64,000 bases of DNA from Octopus sinensis (GCF_006345805.1 NC_043002.1:18166001-18230000), one strand, 5' to 3'. Shown: positions 13,165 to 26,196, counted from the first letter of the stretch. The notes: generated from the letters alone by a model not told the origin. Numbers and translations: made by a program.

Positions 13165-13440
13165 TATTAAAATCAAAATCAGGGAGAAAAATTGGAAAAT
13201 TGGATATTAATTTGATAAACATCAATTTTAACAGCAGTGGTCTAGCGTATAAAAACTGAGATTCAGTAAATAGTATTTCATACATAAATATAAGAGGGGA
13301 AAGAAGAAGATCCGCTATAGTCTTAACCACTAAGAATTGTTCTCCAGAAAAATTTAACACACCAGAAACGTAAGCGAGCAAGACAAATGAAAAGTAACGA
13401 AAATATATATTAATCATAAACAATTGTTTTACTATCAACA
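13165..13440 (-). repeat. Dispersed (TA)n-associated repeat, probably a Penelope-type terminal fragment
   Basis: Homologous to 63590-63850 (same orientation) and 30555-30700 (opposite orientation); all three abut (TA)n. Confidence 0.55.
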
Positions 13441-13892
13441 AATTACGTAATTCTCCTTACATAATTTATCTGTAGATCGTAAGGGTTTATATATAACCAG
13501 TGCCATGAGAATATCATTGTCTTCGTCTGCCGAAAAAGGCATTTTTTTCCAAATACGCCAGCTAAACTAAGTTGTACTGTCTATTAGTCGTAAGACACCC
13601 GCTGTTTTTGTCCTGGTTTTACTTTATTGTTTTTGTATTTTATATTCGTGTGGCATCGTCCGTTTTTCTGTCCCTGTTTCGTATACATTCGATCCTTTTT
13701 CCAAGAAATCTAATGCTCGTAGCTTAGTTTTTCCTTGGGGCTGGCCGGATCGGAGCGATCTCAAGATTAATCAGCCGAAATTGCTAGGATGATCCGGTTC
13801 TTGACAGAAGATTAAAGGCTTCGAATGTCCCGTCCGTGTTTTTTGTATCGTCTTCTAAATGTTTTACGTTCTTGTCCCAGTTTGTATTTTTC

Positions 13893-13944
<52 letters not shown>

Positions 13945-13950
<6 letters not shown>

Positions 13951-15023
13951 ATACAATATGTTAATTACTCGGTAGTCAAGATAAAACTCTGAGTTTCAGA
14001 TGCCGAAGTGGAAATCCACAACACCATCTCTTCGGTTATCTGGCTATTTGAAAACGTTATGAAAAAATACCGTTAAAAATGAAGGGAAATTACTCTGTAT
14101 AACTCTGCTTTGCCTGCGTACTTATACATCGCTCGCATTTTTCGTCATAAATTATATAAAAATACATAAAAATATATAAAAATATATAAAAATATATAAA
14201 ATCTTCTTGGGAACATAACACAGAAAGCATGTTCTATCCGTTTTCTTAGGGGACCAAAAACGTAACAGAAATTTAGTCACATGTGGGCATGATCCGAAAA
14301 GCTCTGCCCTTGTATTTAGACATGTGGTAGGGTCTAAGCTGCTTTTCCAGATAAGCCATCTCCATGTCGCATAAAACCGCACCTTCCGCTGCCGTTAGTA
14401 TAGGGCTTACATCTGGCCAAAATCTTCCATTGTATGTTATAATCGACACCTTTATCTCTTAAAGACCAAATTGATTGGATAATTGTGTCGCTTTTCTTTT
14501 GTTCCAGTGCCTAAAGCTCAAAGTGTGGTTATTGAACCTGGCCTTGAAATTACCCTCTATCAGGCCCACGTATTTCTTCGTCGAAACGGTGTCTTTAGTG
14601 GTTATAGAGTTTACGGTAGCTTCATATATGATGGTCTTGGACATGCAAGCTCCATTTAGGGCACAATCTTTATTCCTGCATGAACAGCTGTTTTCTTCTT
14701 TGTTTTTTGTATGTTATGATTGATTATGTTTTTAAAATGGTAGTTGAACTAAAACTAATTTTTAAATTGTGTCTATTAAAGAGTTTCCTATAAGCATGGT
14801 TAACTGGAAAATGTCTATCTATCAGTGCTAGGAAATATTTACCTATATTGAAGGCCACCTCGGGTGAGTAGGGGGCGTAAACCAGGACCTTCCTATTTCT
14901 ATTATTCCTTTTCCTTATGTGGGCTGGTGATAGGTGTATATTTTATTTTTTCGCTAAAACCACTATCTTTTAAAGCTTTATTATAAACTGGGGCAACGCT
15001 ATTGAAGATGTCCTCATTAGATG
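13945..15023 (-). mobile_element. Inverted duplicate arm of the Penelope-like element (GIY-YIG half and 3' region)
   Basis: Reverse complement of 15218-16306. ORF 14459-14644 reads IYEATV..KKYVGLIEGNFKARFNNH. Confidence 0.9.
13979..14041 (-). ncRNA. Putative minimal type I hammerhead ribozyme (inverted copy)
   Basis: AGATAA-CCGAAGA-stem II-GAAA-CTCAGAG-TT-TTATCT, identical to 16210-16272. Confidence 0.55.
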
Positions 15024-16370
15024 TACATTAGTATAACTATAGACACTAACGTGACGGTTGTCAATTTCTTAGACGTTTCCTTAGATCTTAATAATAATAT
15101 TTATAAGCCTTATAGGAAGCCCAATGATAGACTAAGTTATATTAATGTAGGTTCATGCCATCCCCTATAGTATTCAAAAATTTAGTTAAAAATATTAGTA
15201 AGAGGATTTCTAGCTCTCATCTAATGAGGACATCTTCAATAGCGTTGCCCCAGTTATAATAAAGCTTAAAAGATAGTGGTTTTAGCGAAAAAATAAAATA
15301 TACACTATCACCCAGCCCCCAACAATAAGGAAAAGGAATAATAGAAATAGGAAGGTCATCTGGTTTACGCCCCCTTACTCACCCGAGGTGGCCTTCAATA
15401 TAGGTAAATATTCCTAGCACTGATAGATAGACATTTTCCAGTTAACCATGCTTATAGGAAACTCTTTAATAGACACAATTTAAAAATTAGTTTTAGTTCA
15501 ACTACCAATTTTAAAAAACATAATCAATCATAACATACAAAAACACAAGAAGAAAACAGCTGTTCATGCAGGAATAAAGAATTGTGCCCGCTAAATGGAG
15601 CTTGCATGTCCAAGACCATCATATATGAAGCTACCGTAAAAACTCTATAACCACTAAAGACCCGTTTCGACGAAGAAATACGTGGGCCTGACAGAGGGTA
15701 ATTTCAAGGCTAGGTTCAATAACCACACTTTGAGCTTTAGGCACTGGACAAAAGAAAAGCGACACAATTATCCAATCATATTTGGTCTTTAGAGATAAAG
15801 GGGTCGATTATAACATACAATGGAAGATTTTGGCCAGATGTAAGCCCATAAAGGCAGCGGAAGTGCGGTTTATGCGACATGGAGAGATGGCTTATCTGGA
15901 AAAAGCAGTTAGACCCTACCACATGTCTAAATACAAGGACAGAGCTTTTCGGATCATGCCCACATGTGACTAATTTCTGTTAACGTTTTGGGTCCCCTAA
16001 AGAAAACGGAAATAGAACAGCTTCTGTGTTATTTGTCCCAAGAAGATTTTATATTATTTTTATATATTTTTATATATTTTTATGTATTTTTATATAATTT
16101 TTATGACGAAAAAATGCGAGCGATGTATAAGTACGCAGGCAAAGCAGAGTTATAACAGAGTAATTTCCCTTCATTTTAACGGTATTTTTTCATAACGTTT
16201 TCAAATAGCAGATAACCGAAGAGATGGTGTTGTGGATTTCCACTTCGGCATCTGAAACTCAGAGTTTTATCTTGACTACCGAGTAATGTAACATATTGTA
16301 TAGATAAATTTCCTCTATTTACATAATATTGAGGTCTCTTTCTTTCTTTTGTTATCTTACCGTTTTATCA

Positions 16371-16371
<1 letters not shown>
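15024..16371 (+). mobile_element. 5'-truncated Penelope-like retroelement (RT thumb, GIY-YIG endonuclease, 3' terminal region)
   Basis: NFLDVSLDLNNNIYKPYRKPNDRLSYINVGSCHP; RKVIWFTPPYS; CSCRNKELCPLNGAC..IYEATV..YVGLTEGNFKARFNNH; LSNHIWSLRDKGVDYNIQWKIL; frameshifted. Ends in (TA)n. Confidence 0.9.
16210..16272 (+). ncRNA. Putative minimal type I hammerhead ribozyme in the Penelope 3' region
   Basis: Stem I AGATAA/TTATCT; core CCGAAGA; stem II GATG/CATC with an internal GTGGA/TCCAC hairpin and a bulged U; GAAA; stem III CTC/GAG; GUU triplet at 16264-16266. Confidence 0.55.
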
Positions 16372-16439
<68 letters not shown>

Positions 16440-16442
<3 letters not shown>

Positions 16443-16635
16443 TCATGATTGATCGTTAGCCGTAGCCCACTACACACATTTTTTCTTTCCTTGTTTTTTC
16501 TGTGTCCTTTTCTATAGAAGAGCTTAGGCTCGAAACGTAAAAGACTTTTTCTATTCCTGAGCGTTATACTAATACATCTGTTTGTTTTGTACACCACCTG
16601 TCTTCGTCTTTTGTTTTTTTTTCGTAAACTCTCCT
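16440..16635 (+). mobile_element. Short Penelope-type terminal repeat with a degenerate hammerhead (16504-16545)
   Basis: Homologous to 25525-25710 (minus). GAGC-ttag-GCTC-GAAA-CG-TA-AAAGAC, with the core degenerated to CTATAGA. Flanked by microsatellites. Confidence 0.6.
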
Positions 16636-16638
16636 TAT

Positions 16639-16682
<44 letters not shown>

Positions 16683-16898
16683 TTATGTATGTATAGAAAT
16701 ATGCGACAAATTAGGAAGACGCAGATACAGGTATCGTGCGCATCACTCGTACCTCAGTATGAAATGTGTATTTACACAAGCCATGGTGGAGAATTTTCAC
16801 ACGGAACCATTCTTGCAGCGACAGGTCTTAACACGTCCGATTACATTCAAATTTTGAAAACAGGATTTCGCATGCGAATATTTGGTGCAACGCTACTT

Positions 16899-16937
<39 letters not shown>

Positions 16938-17430
16938 TATGTGTACGTGTGTCAGTGTGTGTGCGTATACACATATATACTATATGTATATACATATATG
17001 TATATATGTGTATGCATATATGTATGTGTGTGTATGTATGTACGTCTAAGCGAAGCCGATGACCGTGCAAGGGAAGTCTATCTCTTAAACTCTCAGGTGA
17101 ATTTCTGAATTTCTGAGCTTCTCAAACGATAGATTATTGCTATGATATAGAATTCCGCTTATTCATTTTATACCATGCATCTCAAGCTGACTATATCCGT
17201 TTATAACTCATTATATATATTTGATATATTTAATACTGTAGTTCCAAGAGATTCACAGTTGTACGAACATTTATTCAGCATCCTATTGAAAAAGGTCTCA
17301 TCGAGCTTAAATGCCTAATTATAGCGGTTTTTGAGTAGCACGTAAGCCTTGTTGCCGAGCATGTGAACGCATTCGTTTATAGATATATATATATGCATGT
17401 GTATGCATGTGTGTCTGTGTATGTGTTTGT

Positions 17431-17530
17431 NNNNNNNNNNNNNNNNNNNNNNNNNNNNNNNNNNNNNNNNNNNNNNNNNNNNNNNNNNNNNNNNNNNNNN
17501 NNNNNNNNNNNNNNNNNNNNNNNNNNNNNN
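17431..17530. other. Assembly gap (100 N)
   Basis: Run of n. Confidence 1.
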
Positions 17531-17690
17531 AAGGACAGACAAAGTGATTAAGTCGATTAATTTATCGACCCCGAAAGGATGAAAGGCAAAGTCGACCTCG
17601 GCGGAACTTGAACTCAGAACGTAACGGCAGACGAGATATCGCTAAGCATTTCGCCCGGCGTGATAACGTTTCTGCCAGTTCGATGCCTTC
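17531..17690 (-). mobile_element. SINE family B (partial, next to the gap)
   Basis: Reverse complement of ggc..gaactggcagaaacgtta..cgccgggcgaaatgcttagcg..gttctgagttcaa. Confidence 0.85.
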
Positions 17691-18418
17691 ACCACTGAAA
17701 TATTAATGTTAGTTTAATGATCTGAGCCAATGATTTTGAAATGTCCGATTTGGAGTTTAATTTTAATTAGATTTGATTCTTCGCCTCTGCTTTACACTAA
17801 ATAGTAAATATATAATGATAGGGAGGATAAAAGAGATATGATCCTCCTCAACACGTAGATATTCCCCTTTTACTTCGAAAAGAAAAAAAAAATTTAGCTG
17901 TAATTGTTAACGACTCAAAAATATAGCGGACATAATTAAAAGAAATTGAGAATTAATTTCAACACAAGAGTGTTACGCATCACATGATGGATAACTTTTG
18001 AAGTATGCAGTTCCCATGAGACGAGATATCAAAAAATATGACACAGTGCAGTAATTATAATTTAAAGTTTAACACATCTCCTCGTATTTATACAAAATGA
18101 TGAAATTAAAACTGATTTTCAAATACAGATATCTATTTATTACCATAAACTCATATGAATTTGGATACAAAAATATTTTCAATATGTACAAAAACTTGAA
18201 AACAAAATTACACCTCCGCGTTCATATTATACAATAGTTCACACAGTCTCTCTCTCTCTCTCTCTCTTTCTCTCACACACACACCTCTCTCTTTTCTTCT
18301 CTCTCCGTCTTTCTTTGTTTTTCTGTCGTTCTCTCTATCTTGCACTCTCTCTCTCTCTCTTTATATATATATAACATACATACATACATACATCCTACAT
18401 ACATACATACATACATAC

Positions 18419-18466
<48 letters not shown>

Positions 18467-18551
18467 GGAGAGTTTACGAAGACAAAGATGAAGACATGTG
18501 TGGAAAGAAAAAGTCAGGCAGAAAATGCTAAAATAATTTTATAAAAATCAT

Positions 18552-18592
18552 TTCAGTACCGGTTTCAGTCATTGAGACTTTTTCAACTGTAA
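18552..18592 (-). ncRNA. Putative minimal type I hammerhead ribozyme, U3-A8 core variant
   Basis: CAG-TTGAAAA-AGTC-tcaat-GACT-GAAA-CCGG-T-A-CTG; palindromic stem III ACCGGT; GUA triplet; lies in a (TA)n-flanked insert ~18463-18660. Confidence 0.6.
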
Positions 18593-18717
18593 GTATGGAA
18601 AATAATTAAATTTTGGAAAAGTTAACAGAAAAGATTTTTGAAAGAATATTTGTATAGTGTTATATATACATACATACATACATACATACATACATACATA
18701 CATACATACATACATAC

Positions 18718-18943
18718 ATAAAGGATTGGCCAAAAATCACTTCATAGTAAATCAAAACCATTTAATTTCCAGATTTATTTATGTTTAACAACTAAATGAA
18801 TTTAATAAAAGCATCTAAATATGAAACACCATGAAAATTGCTTAAATTGAAGTCCTTGGGCGACACATTTTTCCATTCGAGAATTACAGATAGTATTTAT
18901 GGAATTTTGATTTACTGTCGGGTGACTTTTGGCCATACCTGTA
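18718..18943. mobile_element. Tc1/mariner-type MITE
   Basis: Imperfect TIRs ggattggccaaaaatcacttcatagtaaatcaaaa / ttttgatttactgtcgggtgacttttggccatacctgTA. Confidence 0.7.
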
Positions 18944-19242
18944 TATATGTGTAGGTGTGTGTTTGTGTGTGTTTGTGTATACTTCCTCTCTTCCTCTATC
19001 TCTAAGATTCTTTCTCTCTTACCGCGAATGTTTGTATACCGTTCATTTTACTCACGACCTGTCTTGAACCCTAGTACGTGCACACATTCTGTATCACTTA
19101 TGCTTGAATTCTCTTCTACATCTTTTACAATCTTTTAACATTCATTACTCTTTCTCCTTCACTCTCTATACGAAGTAAAGCGTGACTGAACAATCTGATG
19201 AGCAGCCATCGTTTATATCGGCTATTTTTACATAGAGTTTAA

Positions 19243-19690
19243 AAGCGGTGAGCTGGCAGAATCGTTAGCACGTTGGACGAAAAGCTAAGCAGTACTTCGC
19301 CCATCGCTACATTCTGAGTTCAAATTCCACCTCTGTCGGCTGTGCCTTTCATCTTTTCGACGTCGATGTATTAAATACCAGTGAAACACTGGGGTCGATG
19401 TAATCGACTAGTCTTCCTCCTACCAAATTTTAGGCCTTTTTTCCTTTAGTAGAAATGATTCTTACATAGAGTTTTAAGGGATTGATATGGCAGATGGTTA
19501 GCGAGCCGGACAGGATGCTTAGAAGCATTTCTTCCGTCTTTACGTTCTGAGTTCAAACTCCGCCGAGGTCGATTTTTGCCTTTTGTGCTCTCGGGGTCGA
19601 TAAAGTAAGTACCAGTTGGAAACTGGTGTCAATATAATCGATTTACCCCTATCTCCCACCCTAACATCAGGCCTCGTGCCGATAACGGAA
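19243..19690 (+). mobile_element. Two tandem older SINE family B copies (tail type II)
   Basis: gcggtgagctggcagaatcgttagcacg..ttctgagttcaaattcc; second copy from ~19485; tails ..aaattttaggcctt / ..catcaggcctcgtgcc. Confidence 0.8.
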
Positions 19691-20079
19691 GGGACTGCTA
19701 CGTAAGGCTTGGCAAGTAAATCTGACGTTTATTTGCAAGCGAAGCGAAAACAGTAGACAGGTTAGGTTTCGGTCTTATTTGTAACGCATCAGCATAATAT
19801 TGGCTACTGAAATTCTTTTAATCGTTTTCATAATAGCTCTTTGCACATAGTTAAAAGGTTACAAAGATTCAAAAAAATTTTTTCCTGTATAATTCGCTTA
19901 ATTACAAAAATAAATAATGATATGATATGAGTTAGCAGAAATAACGCCAGTCAGTCATGGTTGGCCACAACTAGAATACTTTTGATCATAGGTCTGCTTG
20001 ATCGAGACTGACCTGGAGTTAAGCAACAACCATGGCTGCGTCCACTAACATAATACACACACCTCCAAAAAGCACACAA

Positions 20080-20096
20080 GCACACACACACATACA

Positions 20097-20135
<39 letters not shown>

Positions 20136-20385
20136 ACATACACATATATATATAAACACACACATATACATATAAACACACGCACATATATATATACACA
20201 TATATATATAAACACACACACATATATATATATATATAAACACACACAAACACATATATATACACACACACATATATATAACACACACATATATATAAAC
20301 ACACACATATATTTATATATAGCCATACAAAAATGTATAGTCTTACACACATACACATAAAGCACTGTACATGCACACACGCATA
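20080..20385. repeat. (TA)n/(CA)n compound microsatellite
   Basis: Direct sequence. Confidence 0.9.
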
Positions 20386-20774
20386 CTTATCGACTACAAC
20401 AACTACATTTGATTTTATATCACTTCCTTCAGTTTGATGAATTTTTGTTGTTTTTTTTTATTGTTTGATTGATTTTTGTTTTTTTTTCGAATTTCGTTTT
20501 TGTGTTTTGTATTTAATATTAACAACCAACAAAGAATTGCCATTATTCGGTACTTCTTTTTGAAGTAATTTTGTAGTCGACGGGGGTAATTTATCAATGA
20601 GTTCCAACAAAGTATATAAAGTGTAAAACAATTTTTCTGGCAAACTCTACAATACGTCAAACTATCGAAATGTAGCCCAGAGTCCTTCGTGTTGAATGAA
20701 ATAGAAATACACAAGAATCTTGCTATTATGCTGCAGAAAAAAAAGAAACATGAAAGGGAAGGAAAATATAAGAA

Positions 20775-20791
20775 TAGATAGATAGGTAGAT

Positions 20792-20871
<80 letters not shown>

Positions 20872-20916
20872 TTGAAGGAAAGATGAATTGAAAGAAAGAC
20901 GGCTAATATAGAAGAA

Positions 20917-20956
<40 letters not shown>

Positions 20957-21065
20957 GACACAGAAATAAAGGAAAGAAAGGAAGAAAAGAAGGAAGAAAG
21001 GAAGGAAGAAAGAAAGAAGAGAGAAAGAGAAAGAAACAAAGAAAGAAAGAAAGAAAGAAAGGAGA
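20775..21065. repeat. (GATA)n/(GAAA)n polypurine tract
   Basis: Direct sequence. Confidence 0.95.
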
Positions 21066-21170
21066 AATTGAAGAAAACGTCTGTTGTAAAGCCAAGAAAT
21101 TAAGTTAATTCTTTGATGTGTGTTTGTCTTAGTAAGTTCTAAACCAAAGATACGAAAAATAGATTTGAAA

Positions 21171-21221
<51 letters not shown>

Positions 21222-21259
21222 CATACTCAGGCATCTTTTTATACATATGTATGTGTGTG

Positions 21260-21335
<76 letters not shown>

Positions 21336-21889
21336 ATATTTATAACATTCACCAGTCGATACGGTGTGTATATATATGATGAAAAGAGGTTATTTACAAG
21401 CACAAGATGCATCCTTGATAGTTGGAGAATCTGTGAACCAAAGCAAAGTTCCTTCGTTTTACTTTTTCTGCTTTTGTGATCACTGTTTTGCGCGGTGAAG
21501 CATTTGTATATATGTGTGTGTGCGCGCGTGCATAAATGTCCGAGTGTGAAGTGGTATGTATGTTAGCGTGTATATGTGTATGTGCGTGAATATATATATA
21601 TGTTTCACCTTATATGTGTCCTCGTGTTTGTAAACGAACGTACGGTATAGCTGAAAGTTTAAGAAATTCGTTACGCTCCCACGATGCCTTGAGTTCAATT
21701 GTGGTTTACGGTTTGATCTAAGAGGTATAAGGGAAAGTATAACAACCCAAAACTTCGAAGTCGCTGTCATCTTTCAACTTGCATAAGTGCAATAAATATG
21801 TATTCTGCAAAAAGTATTGAGAAATCAATCAATCAAATATAAAACTGTTTTTATAATAAACTTTTCTAGTTAATGTTCTACTATAGGCC

Positions 21890-22530
21890 CTTTTACATCC
21901 CTAAAAAATCGGCTGGCATCACTTTTACTGCAAAAGACTGAGTCCTGAATGTCTTTTTCATAAGCGATTCTGAGTATTTCTACTCGATATTCTTTCGGTT
22001 TCTGGCTGAATGTGATGGACCCAGGTCTCATTTGTAACAATTGCCTTTCAGAAATGCTTCGTCTTCATCTTTGCAGCAGTCGAACAAGCGTTGATATATC
22101 GCCACTTTATTGCGCTTATGTGCTTCGGTAAGCATTCTTGACACCTTTCCAGAAGCAATGCTTGTCGTGGATAATTTCTTAAGCAGTACCACGACTAATT
22201 TGCAAAGAGAACATGTCATTTCTTAATGGTCATTCGTCAGTTCACCAGTACCGTTTCTCGAGCGTGTTGAATCTTCACATCACTGGTGGTGGTTGGGCGC
22301 TTTGATGGCCGGACAGGCGTAAAGCGCAAAGAGGGCTTTGCGCTTTACGCCTGTCTGGCCATTTTTAAAGTTCTCAATCCACTCACAAATACTTCTGCGT
22401 AGTAGAACGATGTTCCCGTATTGTACTAAAAGCTTGCGATGAATTTCAGCCCCTGACAGACCTTGAGATCTAAGAAAACAGATCACTGATCTCCGTCCTT
22501 CCACTACACACTACCAGTGGAATGACCATG
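21890..22530 (-). mobile_element. Degenerate mariner transposase fragment
   Basis: RRSVICFLRSQGLSGAEIHRKLLVQYGN..ICEWIENFKNG (HTH1) and ..RMLTEAHK..RLFD..EAFL. Confidence 0.8.
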
Positions 22531-22917
22531 TTTACTTTGTAACACATGACAGAACACCGGAGAGAAGGAAGCCAAGTCTCGGTTACGGAACCACAAATGT
22601 ATCACCTTAGAACGTGAGCGCTGAAGGCAGTGCGGTCAACGTAAAGACAGTTTTACAGAAATTTTTACTTATCCTTGCATCATACACAGATTGCTATTAC
22701 TGCATCCGTTGCACATAACAGATTTTTATCCAACCGAGCAGCTAATTGCAACAGCAATGCTTTCTACAATCGTTGTTTTCCTATATCAGTGGTGACGGAC
22801 TTTGTCTTAGTAACAAATTTCCATGGAGTACATGCGACTGCAAAACCCATAGAGGCATCAAGCATTCTCATCACTGCTGCCGCACAATTTTCGTCGACTA
22901 CGGATATATATATATAT

Positions 22918-22960
<43 letters not shown>

Positions 22961-23000
22961 CTAAGAGTTATACGTTCTTGTCCATGTTGTATTTTTCTAC

Positions 23001-23045
<45 letters not shown>

Positions 23046-23048
<3 letters not shown>

Positions 23049-23440
23049 AGTGGCTGTGTGGTAAGTAGCTTGCTAACCAACCATATGGTTCCGGGTTCAG
23101 TCCCACTGCGTGGCATCTTGGGCAAGTGTCTTCTGCTATAGCCCCGGGCCGACCAATGCCTTGTGAGTGGATTTGGTAGACGGAAACTGAAAGAAGCCTG
23201 TCGTATATGTGCATATGTGTGTGTGTGTGTGTGTGTGTTTGCGTGTCTGTGTTTGTCCCCCTAGCATTGCTTGACAACCGATGCTGGTGTGTTTACGTCC
23301 CCGTAACTTAGCGGTTCGGCAAAAGAGACCGATAGAATAAGTACTGGGCTTACAAAGAATAAGTCCCGGGGTCGATTTGCTCGACTAAAGGCGGTGCTAC
23401 AGCATGGCTGCAGTCAAATGACTGAAACAAGTAAAAGAGT
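23046..23440 (+). mobile_element. tRNA-derived SINE family A, near full length
   Basis: aggagtggctgtgtggtaag (A box), ccgggttcagtccc (B box), internal (TG)n, tail gactgaaacaagtaaaagag; many copies in the window. Confidence 0.92.
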
Positions 23441-24077
23441 ATGTGTGTGTGTGTGTATGTGTGTGCGTGTTATTTAACACAGTACGTCCATGAGAAATAT
23501 TATCTCCGGGAGAATACCGCACTTAATCGGAGTTCATCTGGTTTTCGTCATGTATTTGCATTAAGTACGATACACAGACATGTGTCGATTGTAATTGTAA
23601 AGCCTTAATGAGCCGTACCTTTTGTGATTTGTAATGCTCCGTTCCTCAAAATTCAAGTTGATGTAGTTAATTAATTAAGAATATATCTAAAGATTTAGTT
23701 CGGATGAAATACTTGCATTGGTTCGCCATAGATTTTTTCTTTCATCTTTGATATGATAACATCTGTTGAAGAACTGATTTCTACGTCAGTGCACGTGGTT
23801 TCTTTCTGTCCTAGAACATTATAGTCTCTATTTCCTTTCTTTTTCTGGGGTTTTCATAACACGTGTCCACCAGGACTTTTCCATATTATAGACAAATACG
23901 CCCTTTATATCACTATAGTTTCTTATATTTAATATTTAGTTCTATCTCTTTTCACCATATCCCTGCTCACCGCAATCGGGGCGGAGATGGCTGTCTGCAA
24001 GTGCTAGCCCCGTGAGTCTGAACGGTTGCTCCAGCACATCTCCCTAACCATCCTCTGGGACAACTTTCCAGTTTGTT

Positions 24078-24312
24078 GAAGGCGGCGAGCTGGCAGAAAC
24101 GTTAGCACGCCGGGCGAAATGCGTAGCGGTATTTCGTCTGCCGTTACATTCTGAGTTCAAATTCTGCCGAGGTCGACTTTGCCTTTTATCCTTTCCGGGT
24201 CGATAAATTAAGTACCAGTTACGCACTGGGGTCGATGTAATCGACTTAACCCGTTTGTCTGTCCTTGTTTGGCATCTCTATGTTTAGCCCCTTGTAGGCA
24301 ATAAAGAAATTA
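24078..24312 (+). mobile_element. SINE family B, young copy with Tx1-like tail (type I)
   Basis: ggcggcgagctggcagaaacgttagc..gcaataaagaaat; TSD AACTTTCCAGTTTGTT (24062-24077) / AACTTTCTAGTTTGTT (24315-24330). Confidence 0.92.
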
Positions 24313-24789
24313 GAAACTTTCTAGTTTGTTTGCTAGGGCCACGAGCCAATCCGACTTACAGGAAATTGTATGTTCCACTTTCAGTACTTAAATCCATGCA
24401 ATAATTTATTACAAAACAAATTAATATTCGGATTGCAAAACTGAGACCTTATGTAATGTTTGCTAGATCAACATAGACTGCCCTGATTATCTCTCTTACT
24501 AACACTATGACATTTCTGACAAAATAGCCACATATTACTTTATGCTGATGAACAGAAACCCTTTCATCTGATAATCTAAGGTAGAACTGTGCTTCTTCCG
24601 TGAATGTGTCGAGTTACTTCTGATTTAATTTTTAAACTCTCTCTCCTATTGAGAAAGAATTGATCTCCAGGCCAGAAACAGAACTTTTTTTCTTTTTGTG
24701 GAATGTAGCTAGATAATATCAACTAGATTGTTATGTACGTTTGTATACATGTATATCTATACATTCACGTATGTAGGCATAGACATATC

Positions 24790-25020
24790 TTTTATCCTTT
24801 ATTTGTTGCAGTCATTAGACTGATGTCGTGCTGGGGCGCAACCTTGAAGAATTTATAGTCGAATGTATCGACCCCAGTGCTTTCAATTTTTTCAAGGCCT
24901 GGTACTTATTCCATCCATCCCTTATGCCGAACTGCAGAGTTACGGGGAACATAAACACACCAACACCCGTTGTCAATGGTGAGGGGGAAAGAAGACACAA
25001 AGACACACACACACATATAC
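24790..25020 (-). mobile_element. SINE family A, 3' half
   Basis: Reverse complement of the family A 3' region. Confidence 0.75.
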
Positions 25021-25029
25021 ATACATATA

Positions 25030-25066
<37 letters not shown>

Positions 25067-25296
25067 TAAATTTGAGATAAAACCACTATTAGGCAAATCA
25101 AACAATGAAAAACATAAACCAAAACATAAAAATGAAAATAATTAATATCATATACAAAATATATAACATATAAAATTTAAAAATTTAAATTATTTAAATT
25201 TAATATAAATTTTTATTTTTTATTTCTTTATTTTTTTTTATATTAAATATATATAACTATCAAAAAGTATTACAAAGTTTAATATAAGATAAAAAG

Positions 25297-25336
<40 letters not shown>

Positions 25337-25354
25337 GATCGATAGATAGATACA

Positions 25355-25505
25355 GGATCGGTTTCCGTCTACCAAATCCACTCACAAGTGTTTTGTCGGC
25401 CTGCGTCTGTAGTAGAAGACACTTGCCTAAGGCGCCACGCATTGGAACTGAACCCGGAACCATGTGGTTGGGAAGCAAGCTTCATACCACACAGCCACAC
25501 CTGCA
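25355..25505 (-). mobile_element. SINE family A, 5' half
   Basis: Reverse complement of gtggctgtgtggta..ccgggttcagttcc..gagtggatttggtagacggaaac. Confidence 0.85.
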
Positions 25506-25595
25506 CCAATGCACGTATGTATATAACGGGAAGCTTTATGAAAATAAACAAAAGACGAAGGCAGGTGGAATACAAACAAACAATGGTATTAGTAT

Positions 25596-25635
25596 GTCTT
25601 TTACGTTTCGAGCCTACGCTCTTCAACAGAAAGAT
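25596..25635 (-). ncRNA. Putative minimal hammerhead, CUGUUGA core variant, inside a short Penelope-type repeat (25525-25710)
   Basis: TCTTT-CTGTTGA-A-GAGC-gtag-GCTC-GAAA-CG-T-A-AAAGA; palindromic stem III ACGT; GUA triplet. Confidence 0.5.
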
Positions 25636-26134
25636 ACACAGAAAAGAAACACGGAGAGAAACAAGGAGAGAAAAAAAATGCGTGCAGAAGCTAGCGAATC
25701 AACATGGCGTATGTATATATATGGTAGTGTAGTGCAAGATGTTTCCTTGTAATCTACTTACGGTATTAATTTGGTAATTCCCCGCTCAATGGGATACTTC
25801 GACATATGAACTTGGTCACATGATCTTCATTCGCCAACCTAAGGTATTCGTTTATATTTAGACCGTATGTATTTTCAACAATGCAAACGACACCCACACG
25901 TACACACACGTGCACTCACACAGACACGCCTGCGCGCGCTAACTAGGATGCTATGAACCTTCTTTCTTGTTGAATTTTACAAGTACAATAGCAATTATTA
26001 AGTAATTTCGCTGTTATAATGCAGAACTGAGAGCAGAACGTCTACATGTGTTTCTCATAGCATAAGAGCTCGAGTTTTATTCTGGCAAACTGTACTAAGG
26101 AAACAGAAAGAAAATTAAGAAACACTGACGTAAA

Positions 26135-26145
26135 ACAACAACAAC

Positions 26146-26196
<51 letters not shown>

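Noticed and set aside
13720-13790. GGCTGG/TCAGCC stem followed by GAAA
   Set aside because: No recognisable hammerhead core upstream.
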